From a virus, in the UHGV virus genome UHGV-0135394: a stretch of 25,890 nucleotides of DNA; one strand, given 5' to 3'. Shown here one piece after another: positions 1 to 10,218 of the stretch (its first letter is position 1; each line of letters starts with the position of its first letter). Below the pieces are notes generated by a model that saw only the letters and a list, made by a program, of their open reading frames with translations, was not told the DNA's origin and made no database searches. A program made the translations under genes and the position numbers.

Positions 1-118
1 CTGGAAAGTCTCTACAAAACACAATTGTACCGCTCTCAAAGAGCGGAACGAGCATCTTTGGTACGTTTCCAATGTTAACTTTTTTCATGGTATCCTGTGA
101 AAAACTAAGGAGGTTGGT

Positions 119-346
119 GTGAAGCGATGGTTCCTCATAATTACTGTTTTCGCGATCATTTACGCTATTTTCCCTGCATTAAAAGCACCAATGCAAATAA
201 TTTCACTGGCAATAATTGCAATTGGTGCTTTCATTACAGTATCCGTACTTGTGTTTAAGGTTTTAAAGTTTTTAGTTTGGCTATCAAAAGATGATGGATG
301 CAAAGTTCATCAAGAAAAAGAAGGCAAAATAACCAAAGTTGACTAA
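119..346 (+). CDS. Small two-transmembrane-helix membrane protein (75 aa), moron-like, GTG start
   Basis: Strong SD AAGGAGG at 107..113, 5 nt before GTG 119; two hydrophobic segments (residues ~4-21 and ~27-49) with charged C-tail; AT-rich relative to flanks; stop overlaps stop of convergent gp16-like gene. Confidence 0.55.
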   Translation: MKRWFLIITVFAIIYAIFPALKAPMQIISLAIIAIGAFITVSVLVFKVLKFLVWLSKDDGCKVHQEKEGKITKVD

Positions 347-2466
347 CTGTCACTAGCGAGCCATGTAATAATCCCCGTGCGGGCAATGGTTTTTGCTTCA
401 TCTGTTGATAGGGTTTTCTCCCATCTCTTAAATGCCCCAGATTGCATCAGTTTCCTTTCTATTGCGCGTCTCACTTCTGCTCTGTCTACTGGTGCGTTTT
501 GCAGGCGAAATAGCATTGATTTAAACTCAGGAGAAGACAGTAGAGCATCAGCAGCCTTTATCCTGCTTGTTTTCCCTGACATCAATGCGGACGTTATCAC
601 CCCTGTTGCACCTACACCAGGAAGACCAGATAAGCTTGTAACACCTTCCGCCGCAGCAGCTTTTGAGGCTATTCCATAAATTTTTGCTAGACTACCCTTT
701 TCCTTCAGAAAGTTATTAACTTGCTGATCCACAAGGCTGCTAGCATACTGCTTACCAGTATTGAGTCTATTCATAGCCTTGGCAGCTTGATAAATCGTAT
801 CAAGGCGCTTTGATGCATCTGTGCCAATAGCATCACGGAGAGCCTTCATATTGGCCCCATTGCGTGACATTCCGTTATACCATTTTACAAATCCATCAAC
901 CCCTAATTGCTGACCTGGTGATTTAGCATAGCTGGTAAATGCTTTATTCATTGAGGTGAGCGCAACTTCCTGCCGCATATCCTTTGGAATTGACTTCATT
1001 AATTGCCTAAAGTCACCACCGTTTCCTTTTGCCATATTAACAACGGCACTTTCAACTTTTGGAATTGCTGATTGCTGAAGTTTTCTACCCAAAACGGTTA
1101 CGGCATCATCTTCCATGGATTTTCGTTTTTTTACCAACTCCTTACCAAGCGTCCATAACTCCCCTGCGCCATATTTTTCTGCGACAGCCTGTTGGTCATC
1201 TGTTATAGCTGCATATAACTTTTTAAGAACACCTGTTTCTTCATCCTTGAATGGGCCAGAGCCTTTGCCAATAGCTTGCCCAACCTGCTTTCTAGCGAGA
1301 TCTAAACGCCCATACGTTGGCAAGGTGTTTGGATCAAGTCGGTTCAATGTCCGCTTCATTATTGGAGATAATTCATCAATTCCACCTATGTCATCAGCAA
1401 AATCCTCTAAAAAATTCAATGTATTGGTTGCCTCAATACGGTCTCTTACTGGAACCTTTTCGGCAATTTTGTTGTAGATGTTATCTGACTGATTTTGTAA
1501 TGATGAAATGGTTTTATCAAAATTATCTGCAAGCCTGTCAGAAACCAGTTGCTTATCAAGGTTTCCCCCAAATGAAGTTATCATTTCATCAGCTTTTCTT
1601 CCTAATTCAGTAATAAAGCGCTTATGCGCCTCACTAATCTCTGTTCCAGGGAGACTTGCCACTGCATTATCAAGAGCCCTGACAGCAGGATTATTAGAGA
1701 TCATTCCTGGAGTGGCATAATTTTCCAGTTCTAGCTCACGGATGGCATTTATCGCGTTAAAATCAGGATTAACTTCATCGGCGAAACCTTGAATAGCTCG
1801 TTGCCCGCCAATAAATTTATTATCCATTGCGCCAGCAGCTTTCTTTAACGTTGCTTTAGATGATTTACTCCCCATCCCTACGGATGAGCGATAAATATCC
1901 CCGGCACTATTTTTAATTTTTCCTGCAATCTTCCCAAGCGCTGGACCAACAATCTCGGCTACAGGGCCAGCCACAGCGCCAATAGCAGCGCCGGAAGCAA
2001 CATCGCCATTTGTTCCATTGGCTACAATAGCCCCTTCTCCAGCACCAAGCCCTGCGGCGGCAGCCAGCCTTGCCGCCCCTTTCGGAACCTGAGAAATAAT
2101 CCCACCACCACTAACAAATGGCGCTGCTTGTCCAACAAACTCACCAACATCTTGTGCGGTTGATGGTTTTGCCGCTAACTTCTGCTGTAGAGACTGAATT
2201 GCGGCTTGCTCTTCTGGTGTCATATCCTGAAACAGGCCAACACCTTTACCAACATCCATCAATCCACTGAGAACGCCATACATAAAACGGTCGAAACCGT
2301 TAGCATTATTAACAACATTTTCCTGTCTGGAATTTTCCTCTGGTGAAACCAAAGGAGATTGCTGCTGTTCTGGTTGGGAATCAAGCACAAAGCCATCAGG
2401 AAGTTGTGAGTTATCAGGCTGTTCATCCAGAACAAACCCCTCTGGTAAACCTACATTGGTTGCCAT
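343..2466 (-). CDS. Ejection (E) protein, P22 gp16-like (707 aa)
   Basis: Last gene of the gp7/gp20/gp16 ejection-protein series by synteny; Ala/Gly-rich large protein; start overlaps upstream gene end. Confidence 0.75.
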   Translation of the reverse strand: MATNVGLPEGFVLDEQPDNSQLPDGFVLDSQPEQQQSPLVSPEENSRQENVVNNANGFDRFMYGVLSGLMDVGKGVGLFQDMTPEEQAAIQSLQQKLAAKPSTAQDVGEFVGQAAPFVSGGGIISQVPKGAARLAAAAGLGAGEGAIVANGTNGDVASGAAIGAVAGPVAEIVGPALGKIAGKIKNSAGDIYRSSVGMGSKSSKATLKKAAGAMDNKFIGGQRAIQGFADEVNPDFNAINAIRELELENYATPGMISNNPAVRALDNAVASLPGTEISEAHKRFITELGRKADEMITSFGGNLDKQLVSDRLADNFDKTISSLQNQSDNIYNKIAEKVPVRDRIEATNTLNFLEDFADDIGGIDELSPIMKRTLNRLDPNTLPTYGRLDLARKQVGQAIGKGSGPFKDEETGVLKKLYAAITDDQQAVAEKYGAGELWTLGKELVKKRKSMEDDAVTVLGRKLQQSAIPKVESAVVNMAKGNGGDFRQLMKSIPKDMRQEVALTSMNKAFTSYAKSPGQQLGVDGFVKWYNGMSRNGANMKALRDAIGTDASKRLDTIYQAAKAMNRLNTGKQYASSLVDQQVNNFLKEKGSLAKIYGIASKAAAAEGVTSLSGLPGVGATGVITSALMSGKTSRIKAADALLSSPEFKSMLFRLQNAPVDRAEVRRAIERKLMQSGAFKRWEKTLSTDEAKTIARTGIITWLASDS

Positions 2467-3800
2467 TGTCCGTTCCTGTAAATAATTTTCTGACCAGTTT
2501 TAGGATTTTTCGCGGTCATACCTTCTCGAAATGTTTGACCGCCAGATGTTGCTTGTTGTGTCTGTTGTTGCGCAGGCTGCTGAATATCTTCATACAGCTT
2601 GGCTTTTCTGGATTGCAATTGCTTAGTTAGTCCGCTGGGGAGAGAATCTCCATAAGTTGAAAGATAATCATCCATTTGCTGATTAAACTTTTCGCCTTCA
2701 GTATTTGCCATCAGTTTTGAGGTGTTGATTAAGTCTTGGACTTGCTCATTATTCAGCATCTTGCCGTTAGATAATTGGCTAACATAGTTACCAAGTGTGC
2801 CGAATATTCCATCAGTGCGTTTTACCTGCACTTGCTCACCTTCGCGTACCACAGATTGCGGATCCAGCGATTTCATATAGTTGAAAATCATTCCCAACTG
2901 CGCGGCTGGAGTGTTGCGCTTCCCAAGGGCTTGTAGGTTGTCAGAAGCACTGCGCATTGCAGAATAATTCTTTGAGAACCCATTAATATCACTATTCAGA
3001 TCTCGAACAAGTTTTGGGTCAATCTTTCCGCTTTCCTGTTGTTTCATCCCTAATTCCTGCAACTTCAGGGCTACGTTATCATTATGCATTTGTGCCCGCT
3101 GAGCCCTGTCTAGTTGAGCGTTTTGGATATTTGCCCATCCTCTCGCGTTCTCCATGTCAGCCTGACGGATGCTTTCATCCAATCGCCCTTTCTCAAGTTG
3201 GCGACCAACCATCTTATCCTGATAATCCAGCATTTTATCCGGGCCAACAGCCCCTAGCGTCATAGTAGTCAGCATGTGTGATAGCTGCTCTGGATTCTGA
3301 ATACCTGTCTGAATCATCCAGTCAGCATTAGCACCAACGCGATTTAACCTGTCCTTGTTGTCAGTAATGAATTTACTGTAGGCTTCCGGTCCCTGAGAAA
3401 GAGCGACGTTAGCCATCATGGCTAAATCGCCCATATCGTTGCGTTGCTGATCATTAAGACCGGAAAACGCCTGTTGTGCCTGTGCAACAAACGCTGGATT
3501 TTCCTGGGCAAACTTAAATAGTCCCGATGGATCACCAGAAGCCCATGCATCAGCGTGAACCTTATTGAACGCACTAATAGCTTTCTGTTGCTGTTCCTGA
3601 TTGTAAATATCAGCAACTCCAGCCAGACCACGTAACGCGGTCAGGCCAACGTTATTTGCACCTGAGCGAGCCAGTTCATTGTTTTCGCGGATCAGACCAA
3701 GCGTTGCGTTAATGTCGCTTGCCTTTGGCGCATTCTCGTTTTGCGCACCAATGCCAGCAAGAAAACCACCAGAATTAATACCCTGTTGCCACGTAGCCAT
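2451..3800 (-). CDS. Ejection protein, P22 gp20-like (449 aa)
   Basis: Synteny between gp7-like and gp16-like genes; Gln/Asn-rich composition typical of P22-group internal ejection proteins. Confidence 0.8.
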   Translation of the reverse strand: MATWQQGINSGGFLAGIGAQNENAPKASDINATLGLIRENNELARSGANNVGLTALRGLAGVADIYNQEQQQKAISAFNKVHADAWASGDPSGLFKFAQENPAFVAQAQQAFSGLNDQQRNDMGDLAMMANVALSQGPEAYSKFITDNKDRLNRVGANADWMIQTGIQNPEQLSHMLTTMTLGAVGPDKMLDYQDKMVGRQLEKGRLDESIRQADMENARGWANIQNAQLDRAQRAQMHNDNVALKLQELGMKQQESGKIDPKLVRDLNSDINGFSKNYSAMRSASDNLQALGKRNTPAAQLGMIFNYMKSLDPQSVVREGEQVQVKRTDGIFGTLGNYVSQLSNGKMLNNEQVQDLINTSKLMANTEGEKFNQQMDDYLSTYGDSLPSGLTKQLQSRKAKLYEDIQQPAQQQTQQATSGGQTFREGMTAKNPKTGQKIIYRNGQWQPM

Positions 3801-3810
3801 TGATTACCCC

Positions 3811-4503
3811 TTAAAACAACGAGCCAAGCAGACCAAGACCAGCACCGATACCAGCACCCCACGGAGTTGATAGCTCGAGAGCACTGGCTATGCCACCACC
3901 CAAAAGCGCACCGGATGCAGCACCACTAACACCCTGCTGCAATGCTGACGGTCGGTTGGCGTTTGCAGCCGCCAGCGCCGCGCTTTGCTGTGAAATCTGA
4001 CTCATGTTGTTGGCATATGTCTGCCCGGCGTTTGCCTGACCTTGCAGAGCACCAAGCCCAACGTTTGCCAGATTCTGGTAGTTGTTCATCTGACCAGACA
4101 GCCACTGCTGACCAAGCGTTGGTGCGATTGTTGCTAACTGATTACCGGTTGCAGTGGAACCCAATCCACCTGTTGCTTCCGCTGACGCCAGACTCTGATA
4201 GCGAGCCTGACCAGCAAGATCTTTGTACTGCTGAGAGTTGTAATACTGGTTAAGTGCCTGACCTTGCCCTTCCAGAGACGATAAGTTCTCGAGGCTGCCG
4301 ACATACTTATCAGCCAGAGGAGTAAACGGCTTCAGGTTGTTCATGATGGTGTTGAACTGCTGATTTTGCAGGTCTGCTGCATACTTCTGAGCTTCTGCTG
4401 CATACTTTGCGCTTTTATCAGAACTGCCACCTTTCCCGCCTTTTTCAGGGCAATAAGGTTCCTCGCCGCGCAGTTTTCTGCCCAGCTTAAATGCATATAA
4501 CAT
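3811..4503 (-). CDS. Ejection protein, P22 gp7-like (230 aa)
   Basis: Translation MLYAFKLGRKLRGEEPYCPEKGGKGG... with Gly/Ala-rich C-terminus ending GLLGSLF closely matches recalled P22 gp7. Confidence 0.88.
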   Translation of the reverse strand: MLYAFKLGRKLRGEEPYCPEKGGKGGSSDKSAKYAAEAQKYAADLQNQQFNTIMNNLKPFTPLADKYVGSLENLSSLEGQGQALNQYYNSQQYKDLAGQARYQSLASAEATGGLGSTATGNQLATIAPTLGQQWLSGQMNNYQNLANVGLGALQGQANAGQTYANNMSQISQQSAALAAANANRPSALQQGVSGAASGALLGGGIASALELSTPWGAGIGAGLGLLGSLF

Positions 4504-4505
4504 GG

Positions 4506-4964
4506 CTATCTCCCGTGATTCAGGAAGTCGATTAGTTCTTCGCGTGTGGCGCTGTAAAAAGTCACGTCATCCACGCCTTTAAAGTATTTCTTGATGGTTC
4601 CTACACGCTTAAGGCCAATCATTGCACAGTACATCTGACCGTGGCGGAATTTGCGTGCAGCGAACGATGTGACGCACTGAACGGTGGTGTTAGTCAGAAT
4701 GTATCGCCAGAACGCCAGCCCGATTTCCTTGCTGAAGCCGCGAATCTCTGGCAGGTACATGGCGTGGCAATCGAATGTCAGCGGCTGAATCTCCTGATAG
4801 TAAACAATGCCGCCGAACTGCCCGTGCACGTTCACCTCAAAGTAACGGCAATCATGTTTATAGTCGTATCCATCACCGTTGTTGCTCCCGGCAATAATGT
4901 CAGGGTGATTTCCGACTGCTTCTATCAGGTCGATGTTTCGCGTTGGTTTGAACTGAATCATCAC
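4506..4964 (-). CDS. P22 gp14-position protein (152 aa), head-assembly/ejection accessory
   Basis: Positional equivalence (between tail needle and gp7); sequence itself not confidently recognised. Confidence 0.55.
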   Translation of the reverse strand: MMIQFKPTRNIDLIEAVGNHPDIIAGSNNGDGYDYKHDCRYFEVNVHGQFGGIVYYQEIQPLTFDCHAMYLPEIRGFSKEIGLAFWRYILTNTTVQCVTSFAARKFRHGQMYCAMIGLKRVGTIKKYFKGVDDVTFYSATREELIDFLNHGR

Positions 4965-5809
4965 TGCTCCGCGATTATCTTGATGGTTGTGGCAGTAAAC
5001 GCCGCACCATTTGACTGAATGGTTAACGTGCTGCCATTTGTGGCAAGAAAGCCGTCTTTATCCACGCTGAAGAACGTAGCTAACAAGATGTTATCGGTTG
5101 TTGTCGCCGAGTTGCGACTGCTTACCAGTGTGTCAGGAACAGAGCCGGAAAAGGTTAGCTGCATTGACCTGTTGGCGGTTCCGCTGGGCCACGTCCCGAC
5201 GATCGACAGCTTGAAGAACAAGGTTTTGTTCTCGTTGAACACAACCATCTTGTTGTTAACGGTGTCGAAGAATGGTGCCAACGTGCCGGATGACGGCGTG
5301 AGCGTTTTCAGCAGGCTAACAAGGTTGGTCGGCGCTGTCGGGATGGTTACAGATACGCCAGAGTAAACAACCTCTGACTTCTTGCGAGTAGTGGCATACT
5401 CCAGAGCATCGATGCGCGTTTCATGGTCTGAAACCTGCGATTCGAGCGACTGAACTCTGGTATCAAGCGACGCAATATCGCTTTCATTCTGAGCTATTCG
5501 TGTTTCATGTTCCTGAAGAGTTGATTCTGCCTGGCTGATTCGCTCCTCATGATTAACAAGCGTTGCTTCCGCAGCAGAAATTCGCTGCTCATGGTCAGCG
5601 AGAATCACATCCTGCTCATCGTTCCTGACTTGTGCATCATAAGCGCCCTGTCCGGCCTCGTTGGCCTTGTTCGCCACGTTACCAACATCAGTGCCCTGCG
5701 CGATAACGTAAAGCAGATACGACTGCGAGAAGATATTGCGTGGAAGGATTGATGTATCGAGCCGCGTCGCCTGCACAATAACAGGGGTGTTGAGATTCGA
5801 ATCAGCCAT
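4961..5809 (-). CDS. Tail needle protein, gp26-like with C-terminal knob domain (282 aa)
   Basis: N-terminus [43 protein letters not shown] matches P22 gp26 N-terminal domain; heptad-like coiled-coil middle; ~100 extra C-terminal residues as in Sf6/HK620-type needles; ATGA overlap with gp10-like stop. Confidence 0.85.
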   Translation of the reverse strand: MADSNLNTPVIVQATRLDTSILPRNIFSQSYLLYVIAQGTDVGNVANKANEAGQGAYDAQVRNDEQDVILADHEQRISAAEATLVNHEERISQAESTLQEHETRIAQNESDIASLDTRVQSLESQVSDHETRIDALEYATTRKKSEVVYSGVSVTIPTAPTNLVSLLKTLTPSSGTLAPFFDTVNNKMVVFNENKTLFFKLSIVGTWPSGTANRSMQLTFSGSVPDTLVSSRNSATTTDNILLATFFSVDKDGFLATNGSTLTIQSNGAAFTATTIKIIAEQ

Positions 5810-7227
5810 TACTCAATCCTTATCTGGCAGCCTGACAGAGTGACAGGTGACTTCGTGATAACGCGCAATTTGAAGCCGACATTTTTCCTGATGCGCCCGA
5901 CTCGCTTCCACAAAACACGTTTGTCATAAACGAACGGTTCATTCTGCTCAATCATCTGCTCACGCCCGTAATTGATGCCGTCAGTGGTTGCAGAGAGAAA
6001 AAGGCGGTCGGCGTACTGAGCAACGCCAGTTGAAGATTCAACTTCAAGGTCGAAAACTCTGGCGTTATCCGCTTTGAAGAGTGGAGTAAACAGCAGGTGT
6101 TCTTGCTGTAGCCCATACTGGCTGCTGATATCGAACTGCAATTTCCCAATCACCGATTCCAGCTTATCGCCGCACGTTATCTGATTGCCTTCGTAAATGA
6201 AGTCGATAGCGCGGTACACATCGTCATACAAGCCAGTTTTCAACACACACCATTGCGGACCATTGGCGCTTGAAGATGCGTCGTACACCAGAACATGGCG
6301 CGGAAGATGGATAATCAGCAGTTCATGCGCATCAAATCGCAGCGATTCCATCACACCATCAGCCAGTTCATCAGCAGTGTAGGAGCGTAGTATTTTCTCA
6401 ATGCTCGCGCTGGCGATTGGTGACACCTGACCGGATCCGATGATGTATACAGACGGCGCACCTGTTGCCGGATTGCTGATGAACGCATACGAATCAGCAA
6501 ACGGCGTTTTGCAGTAAGTCCCAGCAATGCCTTTCTGCACCATCAGCGATGGCTGTGCGACATACAAAGCAGCACCAACTGTGGTTGCACCAGTCAGGGA
6601 GAAATATTCAATCGTCGATGAACCAAAGCAGACGATGAAGTCTCGCCATGTACCTATGCCGATGATGCCGTCCGGCTGTGATTCTGCGCGATATGCTGCA
6701 CTGTATCGGTCAGGGTGCGATTCGTCTTCAAGGTCAGTGATAAACCATGAATCAGTTCCGTCTTTTGACCACGCATAACGCCCACGTAAGCGCGTAATGT
6801 CGCGAACTGAACCTAACTCGTACTGTGTGAATCCGCTGTCCGTAGGCCAGTTCGAGACGGTTTTAACCGTGCCATCATAGCGGTATTCGACCAGTTGACC
6901 ATTAACGCCTACCGCCTGTGATGTCCGCCCATGCGCCATTGATACGCGACCACTTCCGGCAACGTCACCGACTTCACTTTCGCCTTTGTAGAGCTTGCCA
7001 CCACACACGCGATAAACAGCATTCTGCGCCATGTTGTACTCGACACCGCGCGATACACCATTCACATCAGAGCGTTTGGCAATGCCCGGGAATGAGCGAA
7101 GATATCCGCTGCTGTTGAGGATTTCTTTGGGTGTAGCCAGCATATTCACTGGCAGATAGTCGATATAGTCAGCGTTTCGAAAGTCTTTGCCGACACCTTT
7201 CATAAGCGGAAGTTGCTGAATCGGCAT
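5809..7227 (-). CDS. Tail accessory factor, P22 gp10-like (472 aa)
   Basis: Near-identity over full length to recalled P22 gp10 ([11 protein letters not shown]...SGCQIRIE). Confidence 0.92.
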   Translation of the reverse strand: MPIQQLPLMKGVGKDFRNADYIDYLPVNMLATPKEILNSSGYLRSFPGIAKRSDVNGVSRGVEYNMAQNAVYRVCGGKLYKGESEVGDVAGSGRVSMAHGRTSQAVGVNGQLVEYRYDGTVKTVSNWPTDSGFTQYELGSVRDITRLRGRYAWSKDGTDSWFITDLEDESHPDRYSAAYRAESQPDGIIGIGTWRDFIVCFGSSTIEYFSLTGATTVGAALYVAQPSLMVQKGIAGTYCKTPFADSYAFISNPATGAPSVYIIGSGQVSPIASASIEKILRSYTADELADGVMESLRFDAHELLIIHLPRHVLVYDASSSANGPQWCVLKTGLYDDVYRAIDFIYEGNQITCGDKLESVIGKLQFDISSQYGLQQEHLLFTPLFKADNARVFDLEVESSTGVAQYADRLFLSATTDGINYGREQMIEQNEPFVYDKRVLWKRVGRIRKNVGFKLRVITKSPVTLSGCQIRIE

Positions 7228-7728
7228 TTATTCGCTCCCGTTATCACAAGGTTCCTTTCGGTGGAAGTAATTCCAACCGTTCCACTTCGCCAACTGATTA
7301 CCGCTACCAACAGGCATACGGTTTGGATAACCGGACTTACATTTAGCGGCTTTTGCTCTGTCCATTGCAGACAGTTTGACGAGTCGCTCTTTCCCGTATC
7401 TGGCAGTGGTTATAAGTTTTGCTGACGCTTCCAGCGCATAATCCGGAGCAATGCGGCAGGCAAGGTTGAAAATGACGGCATTGATAGCGTTATTTGATAA
7501 ACCGTGCTCATCGCCCGGATCCGGAGCGACATCTGCATCAGCAAAAATGTAGCCAACGTTGATACCAGGTGACGCATCACCGCCAAGCCATTCAGCCATC
7601 ATCATTTCAAGGTCGTTGACGCCGTCTTCCATGGACTGAGGTTCGACATCGGTTAACGTGGCATTTGATGCCACACCGAGCTTACGTAATGCCGCAAGAA
7701 CTAAATCACCCTTCGTTGTCAGGTTCAT
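7228..7728 (-). CDS. Tail accessory factor, P22 gp4-like (166 aa); start placed at internal Met of the 195-aa ORF
   Basis: Homology begins at [21 protein letters not shown] (P22 gp4 starts MQIKTKGDLV...); SD-like AAGGCGG upstream of that ATG; the upstream SQSQSQ extension is read-through of a hexamer repeat. Confidence 0.85.
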   Translation of the reverse strand: MNLTTKGDLVLAALRKLGVASNATLTDVEPQSMEDGVNDLEMMMAEWLGGDASPGINVGYIFADADVAPDPGDEHGLSNNAINAVIFNLACRIAPDYALEASAKLITTARYGKERLVKLSAMDRAKAAKCKSGYPNRMPVGSGNQLAKWNGWNYFHRKEPCDNGSE

Positions 7729-7954
7729 CTGCTGCCGCCTTAGGTTTTCGACCAGGCTTTTTACGCTGTTTTTCTTCTGGCTCTGGCTCTGGCTCTGGCT
7801 CTGGCTCTGCAACATCCTTCAAAAGGTCATCAGGATGTGAAAACCAGCCAGCATCCAGATATTCCTGAAGCTCTTCGGCTTTCACGATTTCAAAGTCGTA
7901 TCCAACGCCTTTCCATTTCTTCATGTCTCCATGACTAAAGATCATGTGTGTCAT
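7706..7954 (-). CDS. Small protein (82 aa) with (Glu-Pro)5 repeat and Lys/Arg-rich tail, between coat and gp4
   Basis: GGAGA SD then ATG at 7952..7954 immediately after the coat terminator hairpin; positional equivalent of the small ORF between coat and gp4 in P22-like phages. Confidence 0.45.
   Translation of the reverse strand: MTHMIFSHGDMKKWKGVGYDFEIVKAEELQEYLDAGWFSHPDDLLKDVAEPEPEPEPEPEEKQRKKPGRKPKAAADEPDNEG
7777..7809. repeat. Perfect tandem hexanucleotide repeat (CTGGCT) x5.5
   Basis: Direct reading of 7777..7809; encodes (EP)n in the small-ORF frame and (SQ)n in the frame upstream of the gp4 start. Confidence 0.95.
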
Positions 7955-7965
7955 GCTTGTCTCCA

Positions 7966-7990
7966 GATAAAAAAGGGAGCCGAAGCTCCC
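7966..7990 (-). terminator. Intrinsic terminator just after coat gene
   Basis: Minus-strand hairpin GGGAGC-UUCG-GCUCCC (plus 7975..7990) followed by UUUUUUAU; 8 nt after the coat stop. Confidence 0.6.
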
Positions 7991-7998
7991 TCTGGTTA

Positions 7999-9294
7999 TC
8001 ACGCAGTCTGGTTAGGCAGACCAACACCAATTGCCTCTGGTCGTACAGCACATGCTGAATACCACACAGCAATACGGCACTTACCAGACAGAGTGTTGAT
8101 ATCGCCCTGCGTTGCGAAGATGCCGTTAACACCAATACCAGGAATGCTGAAGGAAGAAGTTTTCATGCCAGCAAACAGTTCATGGGTTACCGGGATCGGC
8201 TGAGACAGTAGGCGGATTGAGTCATCAGCCCAGAACACGTTAGCGGTGGTTGTTGCCACGTTCAGAACGTTTACCGGAGTGGTATCAGCAAGAGAAGTGT
8301 TTACGTTAGCGTAAGCCTTCTCTTCTTTTGTCAGTGACGCGTCATCCAGTGCAATCGGCTTCGGCGTGATTTCGATGTGAGTACCATCGATCACACGGGT
8401 GATTGAGAAAGTCGCATCATCAGTTAGCACGTTCTTCGCCATCTGAGACAGGAATTTCACACCAGTGAAGCTGATTTTGTCGCCGCGCTTAAATCCGGTG
8501 GTGGAGGATACGGTCACCGTTGCAACACGGTTGTCGACGTTCTCTTTGTTACCATCGGTATCAAGGGTGTATGCCTGCGGCTTAAACTTCTGCGCACCAG
8601 ACACAGTTACACCAGTAGCGGTTGACTTGGTAACTGCCGGAAGTTTCGGTGAGCGAAGAATTTCATCAAAGCCAGCAATCTGACGCTGAATAGTACCGTT
8701 GCGATACGCTTCTTCAGGAACGCGCCCAAAGATGTCACCATCTACCAGGTTGCGGCCTGCTTTGCGGTAATCGTCAGGGTTCAGGAAGTAACTGATGCCC
8801 ATATCGCGGTTTAGCTCACGGGAGAACATCAGGCGCTCTGCATCAGACACAAAATCCCAGCCAGACAGGCCAGTAGATGGACCAATTGCGCGGGTATCGT
8901 GAACAACAAGCGAGCCCATTTCAGTTGCCTGTTTGGCAATCGCTGACTCAATGTTATTCGCCAGTTTTTTGGCGGATGCCTGGATGCGGCGACGGTAAGA
9001 ACGCTCATCACGCAGGTCATCTGCACGAAGCTCGAAGAAATCGTTATCCGGATCGCCCATGTTGCATTTCACGGAGAGTTCCAGAATCCCTGTTGCGTTG
9101 CCAGTTAAATCCCAGCCAGTCTGGGTTGGCGCTTCCTGCTCAACAGGCATCCACACGGTGTTGCTTGAACGCTGCATGGATTCTGCCGGAGGGGTGTATT
9201 TTGTCACTTTGGACGCCATTGGCGTCAGGTTCTGGACGGTTTCAATGATTTCATCCAGAGCATATGTGACCAGTTGACCTTCATTTAATGCCAT
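7999..9294 (-). CDS. Major coat protein, P22 gp5-like (431 aa)
   Basis: Full-length similarity to recalled P22 coat (MALNEGQ...[13 protein letters not shown]). Confidence 0.95.
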   Translation of the reverse strand: MALNEGQLVTYALDEIIETVQNLTPMASKVTKYTPPAESMQRSSNTVWMPVEQEAPTQTGWDLTGNATGILELSVKCNMGDPDNDFFELRADDLRDERSYRRRIQASAKKLANNIESAIAKQATEMGSLVVHDTRAIGPSTGLSGWDFVSDAERLMFSRELNRDMGISYFLNPDDYRKAGRNLVDGDIFGRVPEEAYRNGTIQRQIAGFDEILRSPKLPAVTKSTATGVTVSGAQKFKPQAYTLDTDGNKENVDNRVATVTVSSTTGFKRGDKISFTGVKFLSQMAKNVLTDDATFSITRVIDGTHIEITPKPIALDDASLTKEEKAYANVNTSLADTTPVNVLNVATTTANVFWADDSIRLLSQPIPVTHELFAGMKTSSFSIPGIGVNGIFATQGDINTLSGKCRIAVWYSACAVRPEAIGVGLPNQTA

Positions 9295-10205
9295 TATCGA
9301 ATTCCTTTATTCAGTTGCGCCTTGAGCTTGCGGTATGTCTCTACATCCCCTTTGTTTGCTGCCGCTTCCATCTGCTTTTCAATCGCAGAGATATTTGCAG
9401 CAACAGCGTGTCCCTGAATTGGTTCATCAGGTAACGGGGCTTCTGAAACAGGCTTGGCTCGAGGCTTGAGAGTTAAACGTTCTGACAGTCGAGTGAGTTC
9501 AATCAGCGCGGATTGCCCGTCCATCGCCAGCAACTGGCGTGTTTTCTCAGGATTAGCACCAAGGTGATACATGAGAGCGGCGGATTTCTCCGGGAAGAGG
9601 CGCATGATGTCGGCACCGACTGATGGCGGCACCAGTTGCATGAATGCATCCTCTTTCTCCTGATAGTCAGGGATATTGAGCTTTTCCGCTGCGTCGTAGT
9701 GCTTACGGGCTGCCTCGACGTATTGCGCTGATTGCTGGGTGAACTCCTGAGTTTTGCGACCCTGCTCGGCTACAGCCTGGCTTCGTGCGTCCATAGCCTT
9801 GATCTGCCATTCACTGTTTGCCTGCTGGAAGGCAGCCAGTGCGCGGCTCTGGTCATAGTCGTACTTAGCCAGTGCATCTTCGGAAAGATAATCGTTAGGG
9901 TCTGGTTGTTTTGGTAACTCAGGGTTCACCCGCAGGTGCTCCGGCAACTCTCCACGCTTAACCGCTTCCATCTGCTGCTCAAGCTCACGCTGTCGTTTGC
10001 GTTCGATGCGGCGACGGGCAAATTCAGCATTAGTTGCCGGGTCTTGTTTTGGTTTCTCATCGTCTTTCAGGACAATCTCGAAGCCTTCTTCCTGACCTGC
10101 GTTGTCGTTGGCATTATCGACAACTAAGCCATCAGCAGATGCCGCTGCATGATTGCCGGGCAGGGTTAATTCTTCAGAAGCCTGAATGTCGGTGGTTTGG
10201 TCCAT
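9294..10205 (-). CDS. Scaffolding protein, P22 gp8-like (303 aa)
   Basis: Strong similarity to recalled P22 gp8, including conserved C-terminal coat-binding region ...[11 protein letters not shown]. Confidence 0.92.
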   Translation of the reverse strand: MDQTTDIQASEELTLPGNHAAASADGLVVDNANDNAGQEEGFEIVLKDDEKPKQDPATNAEFARRRIERKRQRELEQQMEAVKRGELPEHLRVNPELPKQPDPNDYLSEDALAKYDYDQSRALAAFQQANSEWQIKAMDARSQAVAEQGRKTQEFTQQSAQYVEAARKHYDAAEKLNIPDYQEKEDAFMQLVPPSVGADIMRLFPEKSAALMYHLGANPEKTRQLLAMDGQSALIELTRLSERLTLKPRAKPVSEAPLPDEPIQGHAVAANISAIEKQMEAAANKGDVETYRKLKAQLNKGIR

Positions 10206-10218
10206 GATTAACTCTCTC

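Noticed and set aside
66-96. Sigma-70 promoter for the small membrane-protein gene (-35 TTCCAA at 67..72, -10 TATCCT at 91..96, 18-bp spacer)
   Set aside because: Both hexamers are weak matches and the spacing is suboptimal; mentioned only as a possibility, not annotated.
377-1720. Plus-strand ORFs (377..679, 1115..1477, 1317..1613, 1508..1720) inside the gp16-like gene
   Set aside because: Antisense shadow ORFs within a long, well-supported minus-strand gene; no SD or homology support.
7728-7815. N-terminal [10 protein letters not shown] extension of the 195-aa gp4 ORF
   Set aside because: Homology to gp4 starts at the internal Met (7728), which has an SD-like sequence; the extension is read-through of the hexamer repeat.
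7955-8002. First 16 codons of ORF 7706..8002 ([16 protein letters not shown])
   Set aside because: They overlap the coat gene 3' end and the terminator hairpin; a GGAGA SD precedes the internal ATG at 7954.
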